Shown piece by piece: positions 1 to 12,773 of a stretch of 64,000 bases of DNA. This DNA is from Octopus sinensis. Lineage: Eukaryota. Position 1 is the stretch's first letter. The number at the start of each line of letters is the position of its first letter. The DNA lies in contig NC_043009.1 in assembly GCF_006345805.1 (NCBI RefSeq), positions 25,544,001 to 25,608,000 of the forward strand, read 5' to 3'. The position numbers and the translations under genes were made by a program. Below the pieces are notes generated by a model. That model ran no database searches. It was not told where the DNA came from and was given only the letters and a program-made list of their open reading frames with translations.

Positions 1-394
1 TAACCACTACGCCATATGCCCGTGGGCAATTATGGAGTGAATTTTAGGGCTTATAAATCTAATATTTTCCTATCCTTCCTTAATACCAGTTCCCATATGC
101 TACTCCTATCTGTACTCAGTCTGCTTAAGAGGTTGTTGTGTCCTAGTATATGAGGACAAATATCCATCAAATGTAAATTATGTAAATATTGTAGGTTATG
201 TGTGACAGGTTGGATTTGGCCAGCTTCAACATAAAACATGTAGAATATTTGGGTTGGATATGGTTAGTTTAAATATAAAGAATTAATTCTACTATTGTAA
301 GAGACCAGATGAAACACTTTGGCATGAATTAATTCCAGGTTGTGAAAAGAAAATATAAAACATCGGATTAAAATCAGGGAAAAAGTTAACTTAC

Positions 395-450
395 TTTTTG
401 AAATACTTTCTTTGTTATCTGAGAATTCATTCTCATTGGTAAATATTTCT
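395..450 (-). CDS. Candidate C-terminal tail exon of the polycystin-1-like gene
   Basis: tttcaag acceptor and gtaagt donor, 56 bp, phase 1/0; frame and following exon ambiguous. Confidence 0.35.
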
Positions 451-749
451 CTTGAAACAGACAAAAAAGAAAATGAAGTTTTAGGAAAATGTATTTCCAG
501 AACAATATTATTCCATTATAATGGAAACATATACACATATACTAACACAATATATTTGCTGGATTCTCTTGTTGTGAATGACAAATGAGGGTTCAGTAAA
601 ATAAAGCATTAATCATGTTCTGTGGACACAAATGTGTCCATAAAACATGTGACCATCTCTTGAGGCCTGTCGGTACTTTGCAAACCTTATGGCAAATGGA
701 ACAAGTTAAGGAATCCGTTTGCTTGACTGCATGTGCATCATTCACTATA

Positions 750-1122
750 CAGGGTGATTCAAAAGTCGCCATACATAGGAACAACTTATCTTTTTATAAG
801 AAACAGTTTATAAGAACAGTTTCTTTTTTTATTTAACAGGTTCTATATGGTTACCATTGTTTTGAATACACATTGCAATACGTTTGCCCCACTCATTGTG
901 AACTCGTAATTGCACATCTGGTGATACATGTGCAAATGAGCTGGTGATACGTTCCTTCAAATCATTTATGTCTTTTATCTTTCCACGATACACAATGCCT
1001 TTCAAATGCCCCCAGAGATAGAAACCAAGAGGGGTCAGGTCAAGGAATCTAAGGGTTCTTATAAACTGTTTCTTATAAAAATATAAATTTTTCCTATGTA
1101 TGGAGACTTTTGAATCACCCTG
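750..1122 (-). mobile_element. Internally deleted Tc1/mariner element with about 70-bp TIRs and TA target duplication
   Basis: TA|CAGGGTGATTCAAAAGTC(G/T)CCATACATAGGAA at both ends in inverted orientation; transposase C-terminus DLTPLGFYLWGHLKGIVY...NGNHIE (ORF 829..1146). Confidence 0.88.
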
Positions 1123-1400
1123 TATATTTTCTAGAGTGGAAGGCAAGGACTGATTTGCTTTGTGCTACAAAACCACAACAACAGGAAGGTTTCCATTTAG
1201 AGGAGCAACGTTTTGTCAGCTTGTCTTTATGCCTGCACGAAGTTGGTCCTGATCTTGGAGTCAACTTAGCTCAAATATTTGAACTGAGGAGAAGCAGGAC
1301 TGACATCAGGTCATGCATTCTGATGCTTTGTTTATATATATATCATCATCATATATATCATGTATATATATATATATTATATATATATATATTATATATA

Positions 1401-1438
<38 letters not shown>

Positions 1439-1775
1439 TATATACATTGTAGGAAGTTAAAATGTTATGGCCAATCATTGAGTGAGTTAGTTTGTACTTC
1501 TTCTTCCAGTTGTAGAGAGGCTGTGTGCCTTCAGCCATTTGAGTCTGACAAGTCGCCTATACATCGCTTGACAACCAGTGCTGGTGTGTTTACATCCCCG
1601 TAACTTAGCGGTTTGGCAAGAGAGACTGATAGAATAAGTACTAAGCTCACAAAGAATAAGTCCTGGGGACGATTTGCTCGACTAAATGCAGTGCTCTAGC
1701 ACGGCTGCAATCAAATGACTGAAACAAATAAAAGAATAAAAGAATAAAAGAAAAGAAAAGAATAATGATAATAAC

Positions 1776-2321
1776 CTTCGCTGGATATTTTCTTCTTGTG
1801 AAAGAGAGTGGTCATTCTGTACCAGAAATGTTCATTGAGTTTGGAATCAAAACAGTATTCAAATCCAAGGCAATTAATGCTGTTTTTGACAAAGCTAAAC
1901 GTATCGTTGATAATACTAATGCATACATTTAACAGAATGATAGACACGAGCAAGGCGTAGACGAAGAAAATCATGTTCGACATGATGTTATCTAATCCGA
2001 AAGTCTCTTTGAATTTGCCCATGGCAAGGAAAATGCGGAAGAGAGCCAGGTAGGTGGATTTCAAATCGATGAAATATATTGATACGTTATTGAAAGTTAT
2101 GTGAATGGCGATTGCAAAAGCTGTCATAAGGAAGAAAAGGACGACACTGAATGATGCAATCGATGGCAATGATAACACGATACTGGCCTTCATCAGGAAC
2201 AGGTGGTAATTCAAGGCAAGTGGCTGTAGTAGTTTGATGGCGAATACTATCACACAGGCACAGAGACCAGCAAAATACACCGTCACTCTGGATGCCATTA
2301 AGTTCCCTGATGCATATGCAT
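1776..2321 (-). CDS. Polycystin-1-like exon: last TMs and pore region
   Basis: tgtttcag acceptor, gttatt donor, 546 bp, phase 1/1; IKLLQPLALN...STYLALFRIFL...IILLNVCISIINDTF. Confidence 0.88.
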
Positions 2322-2362
2322 CTGAAACAATAAAATCATATAAAAACTATACAGAATATATA

Positions 2363-2393
<31 letters not shown>

Positions 2394-2441
2394 CATACTT
2401 ACATACACACCACACACACACATATATCTATATTTATATAT

Positions 2442-2487
<46 letters not shown>

Positions 2488-2980
2488 ATTTATATATACT
2501 ACAGGGCTGATTAGAAATTGGCTGCCGGTTCTTCGCGGGGTTTCTCTCCCCCTCTTTTTACATTGTCTGTCTGGACTCCTCTTCCTACTCCTCGACATGG
2601 CTATGCATACTTAAGCTAGTAACCTGCCTCACTCTTGATTCCGAATTCCTTTTGCCAAGTCTGTCCGTAAACGAAGTGATCCCAAGATAAGAAATCTTGA
2701 ACTTTAATTCATCCGTATCTCTATTTATTATTATTATTTATTAATTATTATTATTCTGATCCCCCTAGTCGCCACTCTGTTTACTATTTCAGCCTCGCCT
2801 CGTTTTTGCATATTCTGTATAATTCACTAGTTATCGTTATAGATATTTAAGATCTATCTCCCTTACAGGGCTGATTAGAAATTGGCTGCCGGTTCTTCGC
2901 GGCGCGCCCGCCCTACCCACCCCCACCACCAATACCGGATATCTCTATTTTGCTCCAACTATACCGGATGTCGTTTCTCC

Positions 2981-3447
2981 CACCATTATAGGTGTCTACT
3001 CTTTGAACCCCTCTCTTCAATACGCTATTTCACCATGCATTACCCCTCTCTCGATATCCTACGTTCTACTTGCCTAGAACCTGTCCTCTGAACCACCCCT
3101 GCCACTGGTGCTCCCCTATATTTCTGCACCCCCCCACCACCATTATAGGTGTCTACTCTTTGAACCCCCCTCTTCAATACGCTATTTCACCATGCATTAC
3201 CCCTCTCTCGATATCCTACGTTCTACTTGCCTAGAACCTGTCCTCTGAACCACCCCTCCCACTGGTGCTCCCCTATATTTCTGCACCCCCCCACCACCAT
3301 TATAGGTGTCTACTCTTTGAACCCCCCTCTTCAATACGCTATTTCACCATGCATTACCCCTCTCTCGATATCCTACGTTCTACTTGCCTATTACTGTCCT
3401 CTGAACCACCCCTCCCACTGGTGCTCCCCTATATTTCTGCACCCCCC
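2981..3447. repeat. Three tandem copies of a 157-bp unit
   Basis: caccattataggtgtctactc recurs at 2981, 3138 and 3295; one copy of the unit is in the same sequence context near 57190-57350. Confidence 0.9.
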
Positions 3448-3705
3448 CATAAAAAAAAGCACCATCCGAACGTGGCCGATGCCAGACCCCTCTGGCACCT
3501 GTGCAGGTGGCACGTAAAAAACACCCACTACACTCGCGGAGTGGTTGGCGTTAGGAAGGGCATCCAGCTGTAGAAACACTGCCAGACTAGACTGGAGCCT
3601 GGGGCAGTCCCGAGCTCTCCAGACCCCGGTCGAAACCGTCCAACCCGTGCTAGCGCGGAAAACGGACGTTAAACGATGATGATGATGATGATGATGATTT
3701 ACATT
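3448..3705 (+). mobile_element. RTE-type 3' tail / SINE-like repeat ending in (GAT)n
   Basis: aaaaagcaccatccgaacgtggccg...gttggcgttaggaagggcatccagctgtagaaac...ggacgttaaacgatgatgat; more than 10 related copies in the window. Confidence 0.8.
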
Positions 3706-3854
3706 TATATATATACACATGTATATTTACACAAACACATATATTTATATATAAATATATATATTTATATATATTTGTATATATATATTTACATTTATAT
3801 ATATATATATATATATATTTACACACACACATATAGATAGATAGATAGATAGAT

Positions 3855-4945
3855 AGATTAGAGACAGGTATTCTCTGAGCAGAATACACTTCTTAGTGCT
3901 CAAGAGATTTGAACTTGAACAGATAGAGGAGTAAATTGCAAGGAGAAGCAAGTTAGGCAATTCTATGTACAAAAAATATTAAATACATTTGATACAAAAA
4001 CTGTATTTATGTTTACGTATCAAAATGCCCGACTTACACAGAATAAGAATGGTATCCCTTGACGCTGAGCTCAATATACGCATTGGCAAGGCAGCTGCTG
4101 CGATGGCCCAACTCTCCAAACGGGCTTGGGACAACAATAAGCTGACCAAGACCACGAAAATGAAGATCTACCAGGCATGTGTACTCAGCACTCTACTGTA
4201 TGGAAGTGAGACCTGGACGCTATACACACGCCAAGAGTGTCGCCTAAACATCTTTCACCTGCGCTGCCTCCGAAAAATCCTCCGCATCAAATGGCAGAAT
4301 CATATCCCCAACAAAGATGTCCTCAGGCAAGCAGGAATACCAAGCATGTTTGCACTCCTCACACAAAGACGTATGAGATGGCTTGGGCATGTTAGCCGTA
4401 TGAAAGATGGCAGAATCCCCAAGGACATACTCTACGGAGAGCTTGTAAAGGTACTAGGTCTGTGGGTAGACTGATCTTACGTTACAAGGATGTTTGCAAA
4501 AGGGACATGAAGGCCTGCAACATCAATATTAGCGGTTGGGAGGCAGTTGCCGGCAACCGTGGAGAATGGCGACGTACCGTAAAAGAGGGAATACAAAGGA
4601 GTGACAGAGAGAGAGAGAGAGGAGAAATGGAAAGAAAGGAAGAGACGTAAACAAGAGACTATGGCACTACAACCAGCCAGGAACAGTCTTCGCTACATTT
4701 GCGATACCTGCCAGAGGGAGTGTTTGTCCAGGATAGGACTACACAGCCACAGCAGGAAATGTATCAGGACATGAAATATAAAAGCCGGACTTGACTACTT
4801 CATGCGCAACTCCATTGTCTCCCGAGACAGAAAGGATGCCAATGCAACACAGAATAAGAATGGTATCAGGAATTAAAGGGGTTGAAGAAGAGTTTTACGA
4901 GTCCAAAAGCTGTTTCCGGGAGGTTGGTGGGCCAAAATAATTATT
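3855..4945. repeat. Unclassified dispersed repeat of about 280 bp, interrupted by the RTE insertion
   Basis: attagagacagg...caaaataattattg; uninterrupted copy at 12059-12337. Confidence 0.8.
4057..4846 (+). mobile_element. 5'-truncated RTE-clade (RTE-1/BovB-like) LINE with 21-bp TSD
   Basis: ORFs 3989..4474 and 4462..4650 (RIGKA...LLYGSETW...RWLGHV.RM...PK.ILYGEL); terminal C2H2 (CDTCQRECLSRIGLHSHSRKC); TSD acacagaataagaatggtatc at 4036-4056 and 4847-4867. Confidence 0.92.
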
Positions 4946-5789
4946 GGAATCAAGTTACAATCAATATTTTGGACCATCAAGCTCCCAGAAACAGCTGTTG
5001 GACTCACAAACCTCTTACTTAACCCCTTTAATTCTTGATATCAAGCTGAATTTTTAGAATACAATTTTAACCAATCTGCATGAAGCTTAAAGATCATGGT
5101 TTGCCAGGTGTACCGATATTCTGGAATTTGTTTATTTTTATATGCTAGAGATACTTTTTAATCCACATCATTAACTGGTCGTTATATTGTTGCTGTTATT
5201 TCCATTCAGAACAGGTTGGAACATTTTAATGAAACATTTTTCTTTTATTTTTCTTTCAGTCTGACTTGTGTCATGTAGTTTGTGGAAAAGAAAAATTAGA
5301 AACAATTTCTGACCACATGTCTTAAGATGAGTGTTTAATGATTAGCAAATTTCAGATGTGTGTGTGCATGTGTGTGTGTGTGTGTGTGTGTGTAAGGTTC
5401 AAAATGTACAAAAACAAAATACAAAAAAAAAAACAGAGCCAGGTAAGGGAACAAAAAACAAGATACATTAGTTTGACGCTCTGAAAAAATGTAAGAATTT
5501 TTGACATTTCAAGCCTACACTCTTTCACAAAAAGGAATGCCTTGATTTCAAATTTTCGCACAAGGCCTGCAATTTCGGGTGAGGGGAAAAGTTATTCACA
5601 TCAACTCTAGTGTTCAACTGGTACTTATTTGATCAACCCTGAAAGGATGAAAAGCAAAGTTGACCTTGGCGGAATTTGAAATAAAAATGTGAAATCAGAC
5701 GAAATGTCGCTAAGCATTTTGCCTGGTGTGCTAATGATTCTGTCACCACTTTGCACTAAAATATATTTATTAAAATTAAAACTGTTTAC

Positions 5790-6380
5790 CTGGATTCTTG
5801 ACCAATTTACCCTGAATTTGAAGAAGAGCATCAATTCTCAAGCCGAAGCCAATCTGGATGACTACGATGGAGATTACAGTTGCCATATTCATCAGGGTGT
5901 GATATTCACGCAGGGCTTGCATACGCCGTTTCTTAATGGCTATCACAACTCCTACCAAAGTTATCAAACATAAAATTCCAACAATGATGATTATCAGAAA
6001 CACCAAGTAATCAAGAGGATCAACAAATGGATGGAACTTGAAGCTGAGTGAACGAATAGATGGCTCCATTCTACCACAGGACAATCTCTCAATCATAATT
6101 TTAGTTGATGTGAAAAGTCCAGAATTAGCATTGTATGTGCTAATGTCAATGATTACCGCTCGGGTACGCTCGTCTATCCAGGTGTTCGAACGAAGTGTCT
6201 TGAACAAAGATTTTGCTTTCTTGTGTCTCTCGTTTATATCAATCATATAACCAGCACTTTCATAATTTCCTTGTACTCCATAATTAGTGAAGCTATATCC
6301 AGCTTTCTCTTCAGAAGTATATTTGAATGCAGCAGTTATATATTTCTCATCTTCTTTCTGCTTAGCACCAATTTTCCAGC
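5790..6380 (-). CDS. Polycystin-1-like exon: TOP domain C-terminal part plus following TMs
   Basis: aatgcag acceptor, gtaaac donor, 591 bp, phase 1/1; GWKIG...YESAGYMID...TWIDERTRAVIIDISTYNANSGLF. Confidence 0.9.
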
Positions 6381-6879
6381 CTGCATTAAAGAAGAGTAAT
6401 TATAACAAAAGTGATTAAATCATTTAATTATTTCTTGAAATGCACATGTAAAGGCACATGGTCTAGCGGTAACGGTCTTCCAGTCAAGACCATGTATCTA
6501 TGGTTTCAAATTCTGGACAATTTATACATATTTTTAAGACCACATTGCATAACACAACAAGATTTGGTAGAGAAAAACTGAAAGAACCCTAGCATATGTG
6601 GGTGTGTATATATCTTTGTATTTATGTGTGTGTGTGTGTGTCTGTCTGTCTGTCTGTGAGTCTGTGTTATTGTCTTATCATTGCATGATAGTTGTAAACA
6701 ACCGATGTCCTTTATTTGTAAACTTCTATGAAAATATGTGTGGTGACAAGGAAAAGTTAACTTGCTTGGAAACAGATGAGGGTCGGTGACAGAAAGGGTA
6801 CCCCGAGTATAGTAAATCCCCTTCTACAAATTCCATCCAACTCATGTGAGCATGCGAAAGTGAACGTTAAAACAAAAAT

Positions 6880-7035
6880 GATGGTGATGATGATGATGAT
6901 GATGATGATGATGGTGATGATGATGGTGAGGGTGGTGGTGGTGGTGGTGGTGGTGGTGGTGGTGATGGTGGTGATGATGGTGGTGGTGGTGATGGTTGTG
7001 GTGGTGGTGGTGGTGGTGGTGGTGGTGGTGGTGAT
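6880..7035. repeat. (GAT)n/(GGT)n compound microsatellite
   Basis: Direct inspection. Confidence 0.95.
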
Positions 7036-7078
7036 GAGGATAAGGATGACAGTGATGACAATAATTATGGATGCTTAC

Positions 7079-7162
7079 CTGGTAGATAATCCTTTGTATC
7101 TTCATGTTCTGCAGAATAGTTTGGAATGCACATTTTGACTAGTTTCGACATGTGGCATGGAA
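7079..7162 (-). CDS. Polycystin-1-like exon (PCHMSKLVKMCIPNYSAEHEDTKDYLP)
   Basis: ttttcag acceptor, gtaagc donor, 84 bp, phase 1/1; C...C..Y....ED...Y pattern of the TOP domain. Confidence 0.8.
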
Positions 7163-7753
7163 CTGAAAACAACACAAAGTAATTAAGTGATAATTGCATT
7201 CTTCTTTGAATTGATCGCTTTTTCAAAAACTTAATACCCAGATCAATATAACCCCCTACGATCAATAAAGGACCAACTGTACATGCTTTTCCTTAAATAT
7301 ATTTTATGTGTATTTAACATCAATAGAAATGATGAGAACATACCTTAGAAACATAAGAATGAGACAAACAAGCCCTGTTTCATCTTCTGTTGATTGCAAA
7401 ACTTGTTAATCATATTAATTTTGATTATATTTAGATTATAATATTTAGATTATTTATGTGCAATTTGAATTTCTGTTGGAGAGTGTTGAGTGCATGTCAG
7501 GATAAATCTTATCCTTTTGGTATTATCCTAAAGTAGGTATAATTATTTTTCAGTAGTCTTACATGAATTTGTCAGCGCATGGGCATCTCATAAATAAATT
7601 TCTCTTGATACTTAGGCAGCCGCCACAACTTTTTAATTTTTCCAATATATGCACCTCCCACACTACGCTAAGCTGATATTTTTTGTCCTCTTGGTGTATG
7701 GTCTGGATCTGTTTTGATATCATCATATTATACAGAGACTTTCTCTTTCGCTT

Positions 7754-7790
<37 letters not shown>

Positions 7791-9095
7791 TTCTCCTCTC
7801 TCTTCCTCCTCTCTCTATCTGGGTATTTTTGTGACATTCTATCTTTCTTTTTCCATCACTTTTTAAGATTTATTTTTCTCAGCTCACTGAGTGGCGCCAA
7901 CTGTCCTCGCTGTCTCTTATTTCTCCTTCTCTGTTTGTTACTTTAACAATGCAAGTTCTGCTCTTACTCTTCCACTCTGTCTTTATACTTCTCACCTCTT
8001 TTCTCAAAGCCTCAAATGTGAGGGAGAGGCATAATCCCTTATACAGAACCCAAGTACTTACTGGTATTTTATTGAGATCTCATCACTACTTGGACACCTC
8101 ATATTTTTATTTATTTCCATATCCACCTGATCACTCCCAGCCTTTTTTCTGAAATGTCAGTAGTCGTGTAGCTCCACTACAGCAAGAAACCTATCCTATT
8201 CTCCTTTGGTCATTTTCTCTCATATTTTGGCCCTCTTCCAGGCGATAACATCTCCCTAAACACAGAAATGTCTGATGTTGTTGATACCAATCCTTATTCT
8301 TCTTGACATATTATTCAGAAAGTGGTGGGGCGAGTGTTGGGGTGGGGAGAGAGAAAAATGCACGAGGGACAAAATAGCTTATGGTATGGGGGAAAAAGGT
8401 ATAATTCACCTAGCAGGTCCTCTCGTAATGTTGATCCTTTCCAACTGGGATATATCCATTGGAGCCCTGCTCACCTAACCTCTGAGCAGAACCTTATTAC
8501 CAACTCACTCGACTCACACAGCCATTGCATTCATCCTGAGCAACAGCCCCAAAGCAAAAGAGGCTCATGTTTGTCATGCTTCTGCTTACATGACCTGCCT
8601 CATTTCTCTTCCGGCAAGGCCCCTCGGCCATTCATGTGACATCACTGACCCTATACTTCCGGTCCACCTCAACTGTATAGTTCCTTATCTCCTAGCATAA
8701 AGTTGGCTTCCTTGGTGTTCATAGCCTTACAAGCTACATAGCAATCTCCCTAGTGCTTGTGGCATCAAAAAACAGCACCCAGTCCATGCTGTGAAGTGGT
8801 TGTGACTAAGAAAGGTATCCAATCCATAGAAGACATACTAAGGCGGACATTGGAGAATGTTGTACTCTTTGGTTCCATAGGATTCCCTCAAAACTATTCA
8901 CTCCATGCCAGTATGGAACAGAATGTTAAATGATGATGAAACCAAGAGGATAAAGATCAAAGTCAACTTTGGAAGGATTTGAACTCAGAATGTAAAGAGC
9001 TGTAGTCGAATGCTACAGGGCATAATCGAAACAGGTTCTCGGGCAAAATGGTAAGAAACAAAATGGAATAATCACTGTTTGTAAATTATATTTAC

Positions 9096-9270
9096 CTTTT
9101 ACCATTCTTATCTGTCTCAGACGAATGCCTCCAAGACGCCTGTTGGTTTTGTCTGGCAGGAAATATTGGTCGTACAGTTTCAGTTCCTTACCATTACTGT
9201 CTGTGAGTGGGAAGATTCCTGGAACAGCATACTTTTCTATCCAATCCCACATCGATTCAATGCCATCTTT
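9096..9270 (-). CDS. Polycystin-1-like exon: polycystin (TOP) domain, N-terminal part
   Basis: ttattag acceptor, gtaaat donor, 175 bp, phase 0/1; MWDWIEKYAVPGIF...NRRLGGIRLRQIRMVK. Confidence 0.88.
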
Positions 9271-9412
9271 CTAATAATAAAAAATGGTTAAGAATATAAT
9301 GGAAGAGTGTATAAGACAAGAAGAAAAAAAACAAAGAAGCAATCTAATGAGACATCTTGTCTGTGATCTCCTTATCTGCTTGACCTGATGGAAATGACAG
9401 TCTAATATCCCT

Positions 9413-9570
<158 letters not shown>

Positions 9571-9601
9571 GGTATTTATTTAATTATATATATATATTTA
9601 C

Positions 9602-9840
9602 CTGTGAGAATTTTTCGATGTGGAAAATATTTTCAATAGAATTATTCTGCTGAAAACATTTGTTTACCGATTCATTAGCAATAAGAATGACCAAAAGTAC
9701 AATATATAAACAACGGAAGAAAAGAGACTGGAACATATTGAAGAGTTTATAATCGAGTTGCAGGATTTCTTTCTTCTTCTGCCAATCTTCAGATGCCAAA
9801 TTTGGCATGGGACAGATTTTCAAAGATTCCTTTGGAACAA
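9602..9840 (-). CDS. Polycystin-1-like exon: TM6
   Basis: tttttcag acceptor, gtaaat donor, 239 bp, phase 1/0; ...LFFRCLYIVLLVILIANE...FQQNNSIENIF. Confidence 0.85.
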
Positions 9841-11817
9841 CTGAAAAAGAAGTAAAATAAAATAATGGTTTTTTTAATTTAGTAATTTCAAGGGGAGGGG
9901 GTTAACTGGTAGCATTGTCCCTAGTATATGACTGGTAATCTATTTTATTGAGCTGCTGATCTCTCAAAGGTTATGGAACCTGTGGATGAGGGAGACCCAC
10001 GAAGACATGGGACAAAGTACTGAAGGATGACCTCCAGATGCTGAACCTATCAGATGAGATGACAAAGGGCTGCAATACTTGGTGCCTTGCTGTACTCAAG
10101 AAGACCTGTACTCCACAGTAGAAGTACTAAGGCTGCTCCTACAGGCATCGTGCCAGTGCCACGTAAAAAGCACTTCCCTGAAAGGATGAATGGCAAAGTC
10201 GACCTCAGCAGAATTTGAACTCAGAACATAAGGACGAATGAAATACTGCTAACCATTTTGCCAGCTTGCTGCTTTATCATCAATAATAGTTATTGATAAT
10301 TCTTCTTGTCATTACGTTACTTAGCCTGTCGGTAATGCTTTCATGTGATTAGAGATAAAAAGGGAGAAAGATAAGAGAGAGAGACGGAAAGAGGATAAGG
10401 CGAAGAGTGAGGCAGAAAGAGAGAGAAAGAGAAAGAGTGAGAGAGAAAAGCGTTCATGATGTGAGGTAGGGGGAACGTAATATTTATTACATGGTTAAAA
10501 AAGTTAGTTAAAGGTAATGATATAAGGGAGAGTTAGGAATATAATTTTAGCAGAGGGGTGATGTTCTGATGGTGAGATTTAGGAAAGGCAGAGAAATAGA
10601 GACAGAAAAAGAGAGAGAAATAGAAACAGAAAGGGAGAGAGAGATGGAGGTGGTGGTGGTGGAGGTGGCGATGGTGAATGCATAGTGAAAAGTAATTTTA
10701 AAAAAAAATAGAACTGAGTTTTTTTTATCACCTATCACTTAACACATGTGCATCCCAGACTTGCTATTCACTTTAGAAAGAAGCCAGTTTCCCTGTTTAC
10801 CTGTCACATGCAATGATTATGAATAAATTACATATGATAAAGTGGGGCTGTTCCTGCCTGAACCAGTATTCAGCCATGCTCAGCTATATGTTGCTTTCTC
10901 AAGGGCTCACAAATTATCTGATGTGAGAGTTAAAGTTATCAACACTGACAAACAAAGGAAAAGAAGAACTTACACGAAGAACATAATCTGCAAAGTAGTA
11001 TAAGATTGAAAGGTGTACACAAATTGAAATGTATTGGCTCTGATCCATCACCTTGGCTTATAAGTTACCAACGATGTGGTTTTCAGAATATGCCATGCTG
11101 AATTAAACTTTTACCCCTGTGGAATTGTGACCCCTATATTTTATAAAATTTTTGTTTTCTAAATATGAAATTGTGACCATGTAAATTTTAAAATGTAATT
11201 TTTTCTGTTCATGGGGAAAATGGAAAAATAAGAGTTAATTTTTATTTTATGAGTGTATTAAGTCTATAAAATTGTGCATAAAGTGTATAAAGTATATATA
11301 TAAAGAGCATTAATTAATATAACAATTATATAACAATTTCCTTCACTTTTCAATGAGTAGCAGATGAGCAACTATCTTTTGATACAGACACAACACAGGC
11401 TATGCTTTCAGGCTTTTTTGGATAAAATTTTCAGGAATAACCCAACAGGCTTACTCTTGATTCAATGAAATATTCACGGGTCCCGTTAGTAATTAATAAT
11501 TGTTTCTAATTAAAGTATAAGGTCAACTATTTTGGGAAGTAAGTTCAATGGTCACTGGAGTAACCGTAATTTTTTTTGATATTCATGTTGTTGTTGTTGT
11601 TATCGTATCTATATGTCTATGTGTGTTTGTGCACTTATATGTACATAGGATAAGCAAATAGTAGGTATCAGTAAGTTTATGTACTTGAATCTATCTGTCT
11701 GACTACATCTCTATCATTCTGTCTCTCTCTCTCTCCTTCATGTTTTGAATTTTCTATCAGTGAACAGTACATTATATATTTATAAGATGTTTTAAAAAGA
11801 AACTTTTCCATATTTAC

Positions 11818-11932
11818 CAGGAAACTGTGACAAATCCTTAAACCGATCATTGCTGAGGGCAGCTGCATATTTGTCTTCCTCTGTTGCTGGTGACTTAAAG
11901 ATAAATGATAGTAACATGGCTGTGAAGACAAC
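11818..11932 (-). CDS. Polycystin-1-like exon (VVFTAMLLSFIFKSPATEEDKY...LSQFP)
   Basis: tttctag acceptor, gtaaat donor, 115 bp, phase 0/1; continues TM5 after QPLK. Confidence 0.8.
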
Positions 11933-11989
11933 CTAGAAAGAAATAAGGAAAAGAAGGGTTCTCAGATGATTGATAATCATACCCACAGT

Positions 11990-12057
<68 letters not shown>

Positions 12058-12058
12058 T

Positions 12059-12337
12059 AGATTAGAGACAGGAATTCTCTGTATAGAATACACTTCGTAG
12101 TACTCAAGAGATTTGAACTTGAGCAGATAGAGGAGTAAATTGTAAGGAGAAGTGAGTTAGGCAATTCTATGTACAAAAAATATTCAAAACATTTGATACA
12201 AAAACTAATTATGTTTACATATAAAAATGTCCGACTTACACAGAATAAGAATGATATCGGGAATTAAAGGGGTTGAAGAAGAGTTTTATGAGTCCGACAG
12301 CTGTTTCTGGGAGGTTGGTGGTCCAAAATAATTATTG
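12059..12337. repeat. Uninterrupted copy of the same unclassified repeat (empty site)
   Basis: Colinear with 3855-4056 plus 4868-4945; carries one copy of the TSD motif. Confidence 0.8.
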
Positions 12338-12733
12338 CAACTTGATTCTATCATCGGATGCCATCAGCCTTCGTCTAACATTTGAAGAGTTGACAGCATG
12401 GAGTTTAAAGAAGGAGCTTCATCTTTAAACTCCATTCTGTCAACACTTCAAATGTAAAATTCTTCCCTGAAGATGGAGGCTGGTGTTATCTGATGATGGA
12501 ATTAAGTTACAATGATTGTATTAAATTTATTTAATATTTTTTGTATATCGACTTGCCTAACTAGCTTGTTCTTATATTTGTGTGTGTGTGTGTGTGTGTT
12601 TGTGTGAATGTGTATGTGTGCGTGTGAGTGTGTATGTGTGTGTGAGTGTATGTATATGTGTGTATGTATGCATATATATATATTGTGTGCACACACACAC
12701 ATATATATATGCATACATATATATGTATATGTA

Positions 12734-12773
<40 letters not shown>

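Noticed and set aside
6776-7138. Poly-His, poly-Pro and poly-Val ORFs
   Set aside because: Trinucleotide microsatellite in an intron; likewise 49739-50053 and 53370-53834
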